DNA of 64,000 nucleotides from Cytophagales bacterium. GTDB lineage: Bacteria > Bacteroidota > Bacteroidia > Cytophagales > UBA9547. The DNA lies in assembly GCA_033765235.1 (NCBI GenBank), contig JANRIG010000014.1, forward strand, positions 12,896 through 76,895, written 5' to 3'. The position numbers and the translations under genes were made by a program. Below the pieces are notes generated by a model. It saw only the letters and a program-made list of their open reading frames with translations, did no database searches and was not told the origin of the DNA. Shown in pieces: positions 12,701 to 20,690 of this stretch (positions within the stretch are counted from its first letter, which is position 1; every line of letters starts with the position of its first letter).

Positions 12701-15700
12701 CAGATAGCAAGTCGAGCACTGTGGCAATAAGGCAAGCTCCTGATATTTCTACATTGGCAGGGCTCACCTATTGCTCCAATAACAGTACCATTGTGCTCAC
12801 AGCCCAAATAAGCAACCTCACCAGCGTGTCTCCCATAGTGAAGTGGTACTCAGGCGGTGGATTTCCGGGCACATTTACCTCTACTAATATGAGTGTGGGC
12901 ACAGCTACAGCACCAAACTTTAGTAACACTTATTTACCTTCGACCAATCAAATAAACGATGGCAATGCCAACCTATTTGTAGAAATAGCAGATGCCAACA
13001 ATTTGTGTAAAACAAAAACACAATCGCAAAAAGTAGTCATTAAGAAAGCCCCTGTAGTAGACCCGGGAGTGAGTGGCTCAGTTTGCAGTTTGTCAGGTTT
13101 ATTGCTTAACGGCAGTGTAGAAACTAACTATACCACTACGGGAGCCAGTTGGAGTATAGTGTCGGGCAGCCCTATATTAAGCCCTACTACCACTACATTA
13201 GCTGTAAGCAGCACGTTAGGTACCCCTAATTATGTCACTTCTAAAGCCAATGTCACATTCTCAGGAGCAATATTTCCTACTTTCAGGCTCACAGCTACAG
13301 AGACCGGGTGTATAAATGTGTCTGCAGACATTACTTACGGCTATTCGGCTACTCCACAATATCCCACCATAGCAGGAGGCAACTTCTGCGGGTCTGATGG
13401 TATATCTCTGACGGTGGCTGGTGCCATAGGAAATGATATTTGGAGTACCACCGCCACAGGATTTTTTGCATCAACCAAAACAAATACCTCAAGTAAGCTG
13501 AACGACAAGTATATACCTGCCACAGGATTTGTAGGTGCCATACATTTTGTGCTCACTCCCAATATAGGCAGCTTATGCGGCACTCCTGCAGGCTTAAATG
13601 TAGCCCATACCGTAAGTTCAGGTATGGCTGTGAACCCCGGAAATAAAAAAATAGTGGCGGTGTGTACCAACTTTGAACCACTCATGATAGGTACCATTAG
13701 TGGCTCTAACATAGGCATTTGGAACTCAAATGGTACAGGGGTATTTTCTATCCCTGGAGCTGAGGGTAAACCTCTATCTACATCGGGCACAGCACTGGGT
13801 GGCGGAAACAGAGAAATATCTGCCATATATCGTCCTACAGCAGCAGATAAGTCTTCAGGCTCGGTGATACTGACACTGAGCACATCTATAGACGGTACCA
13901 ATATATGTACGATACCTGTGCGAGACACAGTTTCTATTGTGTTTTTACCTGCTCCATCTACTAACGGGCAAGGAGATAAAGGATTGTGTACCAATGTGGT
14001 AATATCTACTGCTCCGGGCAGTGGAATAACTTTTATAGGCTCTGCTTTCTTGCCATCGCCCAACTCACTGGATCCTACCCTCACTCCTGCAAATGGTGCC
14101 CAGTGGAAATATGCTAATCCGGGCACAAGTCCGGGCTACTTCTTGTCATCGGGAGCTACTACCTCGGTGAGCGATACTACCACAACCACATTATTTGGCA
14201 TTACCCTTGGTATGCAGCCACAGGTATTTATAGCATCGCCCCAAGATACAGCCAGAGTAATGGTAGAGGGTACACCACTTATATTTACCTTGGAAACAGT
14301 AAATAACAGAAACTGTAACCCTGCTGTGAGTACCGTGCAAATATCATTTGCCCAATCACCTTCGGCATACATTACTACTACACTCACAAGCTTGTGTGCC
14401 GACCTTACAGAGATAAATTTGGAGGGTCATATAGGTGTGGCACTAGATGGCGTATGGTCTACAACGGGTGCAGGTAGTTTTAACCCCGATAATATATATA
14501 CTAATACCCCTAAAACTTACCAGTTGTCAACATCAGAAACTGCTATATTAACCCCTCAAAATATATATTTCAACCTGCAATCCACCGGCAATGGGCCGTG
14601 TCGCCCTGTGACCTCCTCTGTATTAACGGTGACTATAAATCCAAAACCTGCCTTAGACCCGGGTACAGACCAAACTGTGTGCGGTGATATATCTCAAATT
14701 ACCCTTACAGGTATCAATACCGTGAGCAGTGCCATTGTGAGTGCTTATAGATGGTACGGAGGCAAAGGCACTATATCGGGTATGACTGCACCTGCCACTG
14801 CCATGCCTGCATTCTATGCGCTTAATCAGCTTGATGAAGATTTCCGTGAAGCCATCTTGACCATATCTACTTCAGGTCCGGGTAGTTGTAAGCCATTATC
14901 CAAAAATATAAAAATAACGGTAAATCCCAAGCCTGCCATAAAAGCAAGTCCGTCGCAAGAGCTGTGCAATGACTTAGATATAGCCTTTGCAAGTGCCAAT
15001 ATCACCAATGGCCTGCCTGCTCAGTGGCTTGCCATCAGATACAATGCAGGGGTGGCTACGCCTGCAGCAGGTACTATATCCGTACTTAGTACATCTACTT
15101 CATCATTTGTACCCGGAGGCACTGATGCTGTGGCAGACTCCATTGGTATCATAGCCATTACCAGCAGTACGGGATGTAATATTTACAGAGATACTATAAA
15201 TATTAAATTATTGCCACGTCCTACCGTGTCAGTATCAACCCTTGCAGGTCAATGTGCAGATATTAACAGTATACCACTCAATGTAACCATAACCAATGCA
15301 TTAGGTATGACTTGGGGTCGAAACGATAAAGCAGATGCAGACTTGGATTATGCCACTTCAAGGTATATATCTAACCCAACTTACTTCCTTACTCAGGCTG
15401 ATAAAAGTGTACCTTTCACTACCACCATAGGCTTCAATGTATCTACCACCGGCAACGGTACCTGCAAGACTTACATGGCTACTGTCACTGTACAATTGGT
15501 GCCATTGCCGGTAGTGACTACACTGGGAGTGTCAAAATGTGCGGATATTTCTACATTTAACCTAACAGATTTTGTGCCATTCAGGCAGCATACTACAGGT
15601 ATTAACTGGCTCAGTTTTGGCAGTGGTACACTCACAGGGCTTGCAGGAAGTGCCACAGACCCTACCCAATGGGTATATACACCAAGCCAAAATGATAAAA

Positions 15701-18700
15701 ATGTAGGTGCAGTAAACTTTCAATTGTACAGCACAGGACCTACCCCTTGTAATACAGTATCAAGTTTTGTAACCCTTCGTTTTGATGCTACTCCTCAAGT
15801 CACAGTAAGTGCAGGACTTGACCAAATAGTATGTGCTGATAATCAGCTGGTAAATCTCAATGGAGTGATTGTAAACCATACATTAGGTTCACAAAGATGG
15901 AACGCATTTAAACCAAGTACCATTACAGGCAATCTCATGCCACCTGCCAATGGAGTGGCTGCCAATGTAAGAGGCTCGTTCAGCGATGCGACTGATGTGA
16001 ATGCAAGCTACACGCCAAGCAGCGCAGATACTGTGGGTACCAATGCGTCGGGGGTATATATAGCACAGACTATCATGCTTTTACTCACAGTGAATGGTAC
16101 AGGTGCTTGTGCAAATCAAATATATTCAGATGAAATGAATGTGTCATTCACAGGGGTGCCTCGAATATCGCCTGTGATTAATATTTTTCCTGCTTCTCTT
16201 TGCGGAAATGAAACTCGACCCATTACACTTAGTGGTACATTTATTAATGATATAGGCAAACAAGCGGTATGGAAAACCACAGGTGACAATGGAATAAGCC
16301 CTTCTGCTTCCGTAAATAATCCACCTACAGTCACAGGAATAAGCTATGTGCTGTCTGCACAAGACAAAACAAGGGGCAATATTGGGTTTACATTTGAAAT
16401 AACGGGCAAAGGCACTTGCAAAGGCAGCTATAAAGTAGATACGCTTATGACCATAAGTCCAACACCTACATTGCAAGTCACTAACCAGACTGCTTGTGAT
16501 GATATTGCCGGAGCAGTGACATTCACTGGTATTACATCAGGAGTGAATCAAGCACGTTGGTTTACAGGTACTTGGGCAGGTCAAGGTTCACTATCTCCCG
16601 CAGGAGTGCAAGGAGTAGTGGCAAACAAAGTGTCTGTGGCATATACTCCATCTGCAGCAGATAAAGCCATGGGCAAAATAAGATTACAACTGGCATCGGC
16701 AGCGACTACCAATAGCTGCCCGCTCGATACCATATTTGCAGACCTTAAATTTGACAAAGCACCTGTAGTAAATGCAGGATTGGATAGAAATATTTGTGCT
16801 GATATTTCAAATATTACCCTAACAAGTTCACTTCAAAATCATCGTAATGCGATATGGCAAGCAGGAGCAAGTGCTACAGGCAGCTATTCACCTTCTGCAG
16901 CAGGCACTGCCATAGGCTATAACTTGTCTGCAGCAGACAAAGAATTGTCAAGGCTCACCTTTACAGTGACATCATCTGACCTGAATAGTGTGTGTGCTGC
17001 GGCTACTGATGAAGTAATAGTATCTATTACAGGCACTCCGTATGCAAGCATAGGCACCATAGATGTATGCTCATACAATGCTTACCGTATGGTGGGTACT
17101 GTGAATGGCAATGCACTCGAATCTGTATGGACGGTATTAGGAACAGGTGGAGGTACTTTTTCACCATCAAGGTTTGATATAAATGCGCGATATTTCCCTA
17201 CACAGGCAGAGCTCAACTCGGGCAAAATACAAATTGGGCTTATTGCGGTAGGCAAAAACACGTGTGGACCATACACTACCAGCAAACAATTAAATGTATC
17301 GCCCAATCCATTCCCTATCATAGATGCAGGCAGAGACCAAAAACTGTGCGTAGGCAGAATATTTGAAGTAGAGGCTGTGAACCCTAAAAAAGAATATACA
17401 TTCCAGTGGTATGCCTCATCTGCCACCAATCCCAATACCATAGCAGGATTTGATGTGCTATCTGCAAGGCTCACTGTGCCGGCTGCCACCAGCAATTATA
17501 TATTGAAAGCAACCAATAAAAAATTGGGTTGTATCACTTACGATACAGTATCTGTCATACCTGTGACGCCTGTGGACTTAAGATTGGTGCCTAAAGTATG
17601 CTTTAATGATACATTAATCATAGCCAAAACTACGGCAAACTCCCGAGTGATATTTACTGACGGTACTTATCAATGGTACAGAGACGGGTCATTCTTGCCG
17701 GGAGAAACAGACCCCAACATGCTCAAAGCAGTGGTGCCTGGCAATTACATACTTGAGTATCAGGAGTATGGATGTGTGAGTACAGATACTACCAATATAA
17801 AACCATTACCTATACTATCTACAGCAGGGATTGTGATTTGCCGTGGCAGTGAGGTAGAGCTAAAACCAAATGTGATATCTGTGACGGGGCTTGACAATAC
17901 CAAGTTTAGCATCAGTTGGGCTCAGGAATATAACTATGCTAACAATGGCATGAACAGGGCAGACAGTGTTGCACTCAAAGCATTGGCATCGTACAGGGCT
18001 ACCGAAAACCGTGTAAGTGCTAAATATTTGATACAGGCGGTAGATTTGTCAGATAACTTGGGTTGTAACAGCTACGATACTATAAGGGTGAAAACACATC
18101 CGCTCCCTCAGATGCAGCTCAAAGACAATCCGGCTTGCGAGGGCGATGTAGTATCGCTGGATGCAAGACCTATCACGGTGACCAGTCCGATAGTATTTAA
18201 CTACTATCCGAGTTTGCGCTCAGACACAGCACGTGTGATGTACAAATGGACTACCAGCTCTACAGTGCCTCTTACACCACCCAAAGATACTGCCCATGCA
18301 CTATCGCTTACTTACAGCAAAGACAAAGATATGTCGGGCACATATATTGCTACGTTCTCCATAGGCAATCCTAATGATGGATTTAGAAATACATGTACCC
18401 AAAAAGATACCTCTAAAGTGATGTTTAACAAAAAACCTGATGTAGAAAATGTAGATAAGCTCACCTACTGCATAGACGATCGTAATGGTATCACACTCGA
18501 TGCAGGCACCAGCACTAAAGATACACTCAGCTATTTGTGGATGTCATCGGGAAGTACTAATAGACAAGTGATGGTGTATGACACACTGATGTATTATTTC
18601 AAAGTATTCAATACCAAAGGTTGCTCAGTATTGGACAGCATACATGTAAAAGCCTCGTGCAAACCATTGGTATTTAAGCCTGACGCATTCATACCCGGAG

Positions 18701-18957
18701 GTAGTCAGGGTGAGGCTAATAAATACTTCATTGTGAAGGGCAAATATTTCAAAGACTTCCGCATAGTGATATACAATCGCTGGGGAGAGGTGATATTTGC
18801 CTACGAAGGTGCGTCAGAAGACTTTGCTTGGGATGGTAACTATAAAGGACAACCTATGCCGGTAGGTGTATATCCCTACATCATACACTACAAAGGTAAG
18901 TATGGGGAATATGCAGAGGAGCGGCAAGAGCGCGGAGCTATAACACTAATAAGATAG
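3730..18957 (+). CDS. Giant (5,075 aa) cell-surface adhesin-like protein with a T9SS type B (gliding motility-associated, CHU_C-like) C-terminal domain; SprB-class cargo
   Basis: This is an uninterrupted 15,228 nt ORF with an ATG start and the signal peptide MLKKLYIFIAITLSLLTVTHTYA. The mature N-terminus (THVVGGVLEY) is typical of this protein class. About 35 modules of about 100 aa occupy roughly 6230-17300. The last ~95 aa (PDAFIPGG...FIVKG...IVIYNRWGEVIF...WDGNYKGQPMPVGVYPYIIHY...GAITLIR) match the type B CTD pattern. Confidence 0.9.
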   Translation: MLKKLYIFIAITLSLLTVTHTYATHVVGGVLEYVRIGPGSLPNSSRYKVVLKLWRDAAGNPWFPPSALIEVRGDTLPINPLTATLPGGSFDPYVTTYPGGTTYPYGGINRMVSGTNSNAPQFKRDFTITWGGAQAALDTFMIRSGALSATAQNGNTRLFPSTNVPSYENPSWNRALKTYPTVQYNRDGYGFVKGVFNTVSGEVLSANGDRTNFTDACVGGRLCVEQYVNTCTFAPKVAIQWAEYIRVVDLPNIPGGYHMTFRLCCRNNALQNLNNPGSTSYAVYARIPDVARLDNATNTWQQLYTTLGININTTLGFNNNTTTGVSIVSGSSVTMGNYTSPGTGKSLVQMVRNSSPRFRSVPPLFVCSYNQFIEDVLGVQQNPAYDHGANDLDADSVQYEVVNAYDEQGPFTDTWGGLPATNINGTLFSGNMRLFATTLPGFPYPDNVNLATYRYAQYRSPYTPTNPLSNSASWQGIILNTSTGTMQIRPQVNVQGLYVVAIRAREFRKMNDGTLRFLGEVTRDYQFRVLNCPAPAIAAIGNSDQCNGTNTVNLVNNNINGISNFYWDTGRDRYTNTLAGVNNLRRRTDNTVNDFPLAANTTTATLPSFNFQNPGTYYVKLVIQRGTKCADSVYRPVNVTSVRAGWGQNPSGQVCVNNGVLFDPFMSSSVVGITTVSGSSTWTNPATNPIPTRRVSVTGVGFVNKMFKWMKPNGSLPVEGDTMQINNYPLPQPARVQRVVWNFGDNVQQIFSFSGSSLQPFGCIVGATSTLGLGIVCANTTVVAFNPAHVASVPGVRHAYTSSGSYVGSMTVWNQFGCQSSLTRSVVVIQNRPSATALGGPVCLNNPLITIPGTVSSAVGGIWSQTPLTGTFLSPISAVGPNLSMIYRLNTTVSPNLTVNLALSTYGNGACPTGVISNVGIGVLAAPAVDAGNNATICRNNRNYRVTGSITGLTNTGFWRTKGTGTFENGLTTISTSHLNAHTYTLSLADSTAGSVQLVLQSTNNNVCTAVKDSITLTLGPTSSIPTVNVGPDRQVGSNNTILTVTGVTYTNSPGIQWQAIPATGGTFTPIGTTTSTTMVYVPSAADIISTTVTLRAMTTIITTNGSCLNVFDDLKLTILPCPVVTIRVTNPTPCTNKAIVTVTGTFTGAGGAVWSGGLGTYLPSAISPNLETIAVGVQKTTLIYLPTQAEIDALIQNLTLTTTINGLCNPVSAVSENIVYQPAPILSIVGAPSISLCKNNSNVSLDFNGYKKLLGTLIPINFPDANITLDWSSTGRTSSLSPVNGKPTTYTAGTDTSLGAVRIFLTATQTNCLPVYDTLNVSFNNNPSLSAGPSQTVCDNNLVVSLSGSVTAPATGGRWRTSGTGIFQSTGTNESTLLNDIYIPNAANGTVTLTLSTTGASIGNGVGQCRVQTTFMNVSISPAPNVRFATVPTICENVASTAGISLSATISGSNVTSSTQGTWVSGAGTYSPGNSNFVISPDPINGGLMSASSIIYTPSTSELSAKTFALNVTASGLGNCISVNNTLVVTIAGKPLAKILTTNGPVCANNATINLTATISGATGQVWSGPVNSVTGGLSASYTPNTTEINSGRVVFRLQTLGELNNCNPEFDVATVNINLAPVVGTGGNIIACINDNVITITGNISSPATSGLWTTSGSGFFGASGSSSTLSLPVTDMTSVYRPSALDKSSALPIKLTLTSQGNGNCNPVFDIMNLSFAQTTTANAGSGYTICVNDFPINLNASGSAGSWQTAPGTFGSSGTSTSTQLVDTFTPNSTLPGIVSLTWRTNSTNQCPAVQSTVTFTVLSAPTVNTGGNITVCGTNRNVPLAGISSSGSGTWASGGFGNFTSTGASFSTGLNDVYVLHNNDILAGQVVLTLSSTNTNPCSQVRATKIIFITPPISSDAGPDQLFCVTQNVITVTGGVLANGSPVSVPTGYWMRHTTATGLFAAGVQTFIGNNTTYTLGLLDIQQAPLVLRFKANSFGACTAPAEDTVKYTFQRSPFGFIQSVSGAVCSDTAYISILASFTGAGGMEWLTTGTGTFFPDRFTANARYVPTAADVSRGFVDFSIRLLGSGVCNGATFGYTTVGISPKPSVSAGSDENICSNIGTVNLTGARVLNTVNNTPPTAVLWYTSNVSSLTGFSSNTNFSFTGFSTNSGASPTYTLSSNDLTNGSVTLYISVTGPGACRAQTARKILTIYDAPVVSVGSASETYCGDVASLTISGTTTYGTPIWQIHPTATGFGTLTSIAGGTKAAFVPVTTLGASMPLSVIFNFVVTTSTCNNVIGSKTIFLTTIPNVSITGGLTSICGDVLGQVTGLSAFSRTGAGLWSSTAPGGFFANNAVLSSGTFVPVQSFKDANHGRTFWITFTSDNNGICTARRDHREVLILTPPSITGAGLTDETYCTDINTLTLSNITITNASGYLIYSSGQGLFTASSANTLAGATPFTNQIYTPATVEKFAGTTIFTLSTTGVGSCAAISKQKAITYVREPGVFAGGDQTICASTSSFQLSASVSGFAGITWTTSGTGSFDNINILGPRYFWSKQDSINARNGVLVTITATVVGNSLCQPKTSRLRLNITPRPLITVTGPIEVCADTSGFPVRAILSLSNTGVNWVNISSTAPGSFFANAFNTTVTYVPSPDDISRRSVILLASTTGNGSCTPASNTITINIRPIPSITFTDYVVCKDVGNYIPLSFTGVTGSYVKQPISLGQHDVNNDLVTWASSGNGTFIDSAVVQVNELYSSNYQVTQEDKDLGKITLLAKLRSFDNLCKAVQSRINVTFIGTPIVNAGVDKSYCRTVGTVQLSGSVTGPETYKYYYKSHLAYHGRYASSNIIDSSLIQNVSVSTVQENFILNNDAFGEQKIILVASASGICKATYTDTLSLNIKAPINLTFSGTSSSIICSDSTYFDIVLHDTKPLGSGDSSTAQYPGYGVAWSARNALGVDASFSQFSPGVFAKRKLTYFPSTSDYQSGAVTFTYTTSGNGICPADSKSSTVAIRQAPDISTLAGLTYCSNNSTIVLTAQISNLTSVSPIVKWYSGGGFPGTFTSTNMSVGTATAPNFSNTYLPSTNQINDGNANLFVEIADANNLCKTKTQSQKVVIKKAPVVDPGVSGSVCSLSGLLLNGSVETNYTTTGASWSIVSGSPILSPTTTTLAVSSTLGTPNYVTSKANVTFSGAIFPTFRLTATETGCINVSADITYGYSATPQYPTIAGGNFCGSDGISLTVAGAIGNDIWSTTATGFFASTKTNTSSKLNDKYIPATGFVGAIHFVLTPNIGSLCGTPAGLNVAHTVSSGMAVNPGNKKIVAVCTNFEPLMIGTISGSNIGIWNSNGTGVFSIPGAEGKPLSTSGTALGGGNREISAIYRPTAADKSSGSVILTLSTSIDGTNICTIPVRDTVSIVFLPAPSTNGQGDKGLCTNVVISTAPGSGITFIGSAFLPSPNSLDPTLTPANGAQWKYANPGTSPGYFLSSGATTSVSDTTTTTLFGITLGMQPQVFIASPQDTARVMVEGTPLIFTLETVNNRNCNPAVSTVQISFAQSPSAYITTTLTSLCADLTEINLEGHIGVALDGVWSTTGAGSFNPDNIYTNTPKTYQLSTSETAILTPQNIYFNLQSTGNGPCRPVTSSVLTVTINPKPALDPGTDQTVCGDISQITLTGINTVSSAIVSAYRWYGGKGTISGMTAPATAMPAFYALNQLDEDFREAILTISTSGPGSCKPLSKNIKITVNPKPAIKASPSQELCNDLDIAFASANITNGLPAQWLAIRYNAGVATPAAGTISVLSTSTSSFVPGGTDAVADSIGIIAITSSTGCNIYRDTINIKLLPRPTVSVSTLAGQCADINSIPLNVTITNALGMTWGRNDKADADLDYATSRYISNPTYFLTQADKSVPFTTTIGFNVSTTGNGTCKTYMATVTVQLVPLPVVTTLGVSKCADISTFNLTDFVPFRQHTTGINWLSFGSGTLTGLAGSATDPTQWVYTPSQNDKNVGAVNFQLYSTGPTPCNTVSSFVTLRFDATPQVTVSAGLDQIVCADNQLVNLNGVIVNHTLGSQRWNAFKPSTITGNLMPPANGVAANVRGSFSDATDVNASYTPSSADTVGTNASGVYIAQTIMLLLTVNGTGACANQIYSDEMNVSFTGVPRISPVINIFPASLCGNETRPITLSGTFINDIGKQAVWKTTGDNGISPSASVNNPPTVTGISYVLSAQDKTRGNIGFTFEITGKGTCKGSYKVDTLMTISPTPTLQVTNQTACDDIAGAVTFTGITSGVNQARWFTGTWAGQGSLSPAGVQGVVANKVSVAYTPSAADKAMGKIRLQLASAATTNSCPLDTIFADLKFDKAPVVNAGLDRNICADISNITLTSSLQNHRNAIWQAGASATGSYSPSAAGTAIGYNLSAADKELSRLTFTVTSSDLNSVCAAATDEVIVSITGTPYASIGTIDVCSYNAYRMVGTVNGNALESVWTVLGTGGGTFSPSRFDINARYFPTQAELNSGKIQIGLIAVGKNTCGPYTTSKQLNVSPNPFPIIDAGRDQKLCVGRIFEVEAVNPKKEYTFQWYASSATNPNTIAGFDVLSARLTVPAATSNYILKATNKKLGCITYDTVSVIPVTPVDLRLVPKVCFNDTLIIAKTTANSRVIFTDGTYQWYRDGSFLPGETDPNMLKAVVPGNYILEYQEYGCVSTDTTNIKPLPILSTAGIVICRGSEVELKPNVISVTGLDNTKFSISWAQEYNYANNGMNRADSVALKALASYRATENRVSAKYLIQAVDLSDNLGCNSYDTIRVKTHPLPQMQLKDNPACEGDVVSLDARPITVTSPIVFNYYPSLRSDTARVMYKWTTSSTVPLTPPKDTAHALSLTYSKDKDMSGTYIATFSIGNPNDGFRNTCTQKDTSKVMFNKKPDVENVDKLTYCIDDRNGITLDAGTSTKDTLSYLWMSSGSTNRQVMVYDTLMYYFKVFNTKGCSVLDSIHVKASCKPLVFKPDAFIPGGSQGEANKYFIVKGKYFKDFRIVIYNRWGEVIFAYEGASEDFAWDGNYKGQPMPVGVYPYIIHYKGKYGEYAEERQERGAITLIR

Positions 18958-18987
18958 TGATAATTCAATGTCATTATTATTTCAGCC

Positions 18988-19012
18988 TTTGTTGGTGTTC
19001 TTCACCAACAAA
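18988..19012 (+). repeat. Hairpin element copy A (10 bp stem, 5 nt loop), 31 bp after the giant gene stop
   Basis: The sequence is tttgttggtg-ttctt-caccaacaaa. Stem and loop are the same as in copies B and C when each is read in the direction of its upstream gene. No U-tract follows directly. Confidence 0.7.
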
Positions 19013-19156
19013 CAACCGCACACATATTCTTCAATGAGAAATACAAAAATCCCGCTGTACGATAAGTTAGCGTAGCGATTGTCGAACGACAGATAAAAGA
19101 AGATTTTTAATCTTCACAATAAAAAATTTTTATTTTTTGTGCTATGGCTTAGATTT

Positions 19157-19258
19157 ACAGTATTCCTTCAGTCTGGCTTGTTGGTGAAGAACACCAACAA
19201 GGGCGAAACAGTATTCCTTCAGTCTGGCTTGTTGGTGAAGAACACCAACAAGGGCGAA
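19157..19258 (-). repeat. Perfect 51 bp tandem duplication (2 units), each carrying hairpin element copies B and C
   Basis: Units 19157-19207 and 19208-19258 are identical (acagtattccttcagtctggcttgttggtgaagaacaccaacaagggcgaa). The hairpins lie at 19177-19201 and 19228-19252. On the minus strand they read cttgttggtg-ttctt-caccaacaag, just downstream of the stop of the 19306-20529 gene. Confidence 0.85.
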
Positions 19259-19305
19259 AAAATAGAGGTAAGGTAAACTACGTTGAAATGATGGTTATAT
19301 AAACA

Positions 19306-20529
19306 TTATCGCCTTTGTATCAATGCTAAATATGCTGCTTGAAAATATTGAGCACCGCCTGAATAGTGGTCTGCATTGTCAAATTTAGTAAGAGAGACTT
19401 TGGCTGCGCCTTTGGCTTGCATGGCAGATAGTGCAATTTCGGCGTTGAATATTGGTACAAAATCGTCTTTGGTGCCGTGGTATAGGTTGGTTTCAGACAC
19501 TGGTTTCCAGTCATATAAATGATTGTCTTTGAAGGCTGCGAGCATAAGTGAGTCTGAGCCACTGAGTATGCCTGATTTGAAGGCAGGAACAAAAAGATTT
19601 TGAGGATTTTTGTTCACTTCGGCAAATATATCATTTTCAAGTTTTGTGGCATTGTCGGAGGTGAAGTAGTAGCTGAAGGGGCGGTTTATTTTATACACTT
19701 TATTATAGGTAGTGAGCACCCATACATAGTAGTTGAGAAATGTAAGGTCAGTGGTGCTATTTAGAATATATTTGGCAAATGATGTTTTGTCGAAAGCACC
19801 TGCGCCTATGTATGATGCTGTAATGGTAAATTGGGTAAAGTATTTTTCCTCTATCATTTTTTGCATAGCCATAGTAGCAAAACCACCTTCGGAATATCCT
19901 ACCAAAAATAGTTTTCCCCCAAGGGTAACACCCTTTAATATGCACAGTTCTTTGGCAGCACTGAGCATATCTATGGATGCTCTTGCAAGTGATGGGGCGT
20001 GCTCATAAGGGTGTGCCAATTCTTTGGTAGCACCATATCCCAAATAGTCGGGCGATGATACCACAAACCCTGATGCTGCCAAAAGTGCCGCTACATTACC
20101 TTCGCCGCCTTGGGTAGAATTATTGAAATAAGAGGGTGCATTGGTCTCGTCTGTCTCGCGTATGGTGCCGTGCTGGTGGCTTACCAATGCAAAGCTGCCT
20201 GCTATGTCAGGTATGCATACCAAGCCAGATGCGGTGACGGGGGAAAGATTTGTGGGTTCTATAGTTTTGTAAGTAATGCGATAAACTTTGATGCCATTGG
20301 TCAGTAACAGAGAGGCAAAGCTGTTGTTTGTGCCACTATTAGTACCTGCAAAGGCTGATAGGCGGTTTGCCATTTGGTCTTTGGTGTAGGTGCCGGCGAG
20401 TAGCGTATCGGCTAATACAGTGGGTGTATATGCAACCTTGTTGTCGGTTTTGGCTTCGGGGTCTTTGGTGGAGCAAGAGAGTAAGGCTGCCAATAGGAGG
20501 CAGGATGGTATATAATATAAAGTTTTCAT
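19306..20529 (-). CDS. Lipoprotein alpha/beta-hydrolase (lipase/esterase-like)
   Basis: It has a lipoprotein signal (LLAALLSCS). A nucleophile elbow G-Y-S-E-G-G (LVGYSEGGFATMAM) fits GxSxG. The length and layout are consistent with the secretory lipase-type alpha/beta fold. Confidence 0.6.
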   Translation of the reverse strand: MKTLYYIPSCLLLAALLSCSTKDPEAKTDNKVAYTPTVLADTLLAGTYTKDQMANRLSAFAGTNSGTNNSFASLLLTNGIKVYRITYKTIEPTNLSPVTASGLVCIPDIAGSFALVSHQHGTIRETDETNAPSYFNNSTQGGEGNVAALLAASGFVVSSPDYLGYGATKELAHPYEHAPSLARASIDMLSAAKELCILKGVTLGGKLFLVGYSEGGFATMAMQKMIEEKYFTQFTITASYIGAGAFDKTSFAKYILNSTTDLTFLNYYVWVLTTYNKVYKINRPFSYYFTSDNATKLENDIFAEVNKNPQNLFVPAFKSGILSGSDSLMLAAFKDNHLYDWKPVSETNLYHGTKDDFVPIFNAEIALSAMQAKGAAKVSLTKFDNADHYSGGAQYFQAAYLALIQRR

Positions 20530-20607
20530 GGCTTTATAACAATGAAGTGGGGTGAAAGGTTGCCGTAATAGTCTATTTTTCTATAGGTTGTGTATGACTA
20601 ATGAGGT

Positions 20608-20651
20608 AAAAAAATCTCTTTACTGGTCTTAGTATCTTGCTGAGACCAGTG
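20608..20651 (-). terminator. Candidate terminator of the che operon
   Basis: On the minus strand there is an 8 bp stem (actggtct/agaccagt) with a 13 nt loop. A 6 nt spacer and a T7 run follow. It starts 40 bp after the cheR stop. Confidence 0.4.
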
Positions 20652-20690
20652 AGGGGACAAGAAATAGATGTAAACTAAATGACATTGATT

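Noticed and set aside
4227-17495. Many long antisense or off-frame ORFs inside the giant gene (e.g. 13341-14126, 261 aa; 8475-9107, 210 aa; 11190-11633, 147 aa; 17082-17495, 137 aa).
   Set aside because: All are fully nested in the uninterrupted 15.2 kb sense ORF, which has clear domain logic. Their translations are low-complexity and mirror the Thr/Gly/Ser/Val-rich sense codons, and they have no signal peptides or recognisable motifs. They are most likely stop-poor shadow frames.
19157-19258. The 51 bp tandem repeat considered as a possible CRISPR or minisatellite array.
   Set aside because: There are only two directly abutting identical units with no spacers, and no cas genes are in the window. 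It is reported instead as a hairpin-element duplication.
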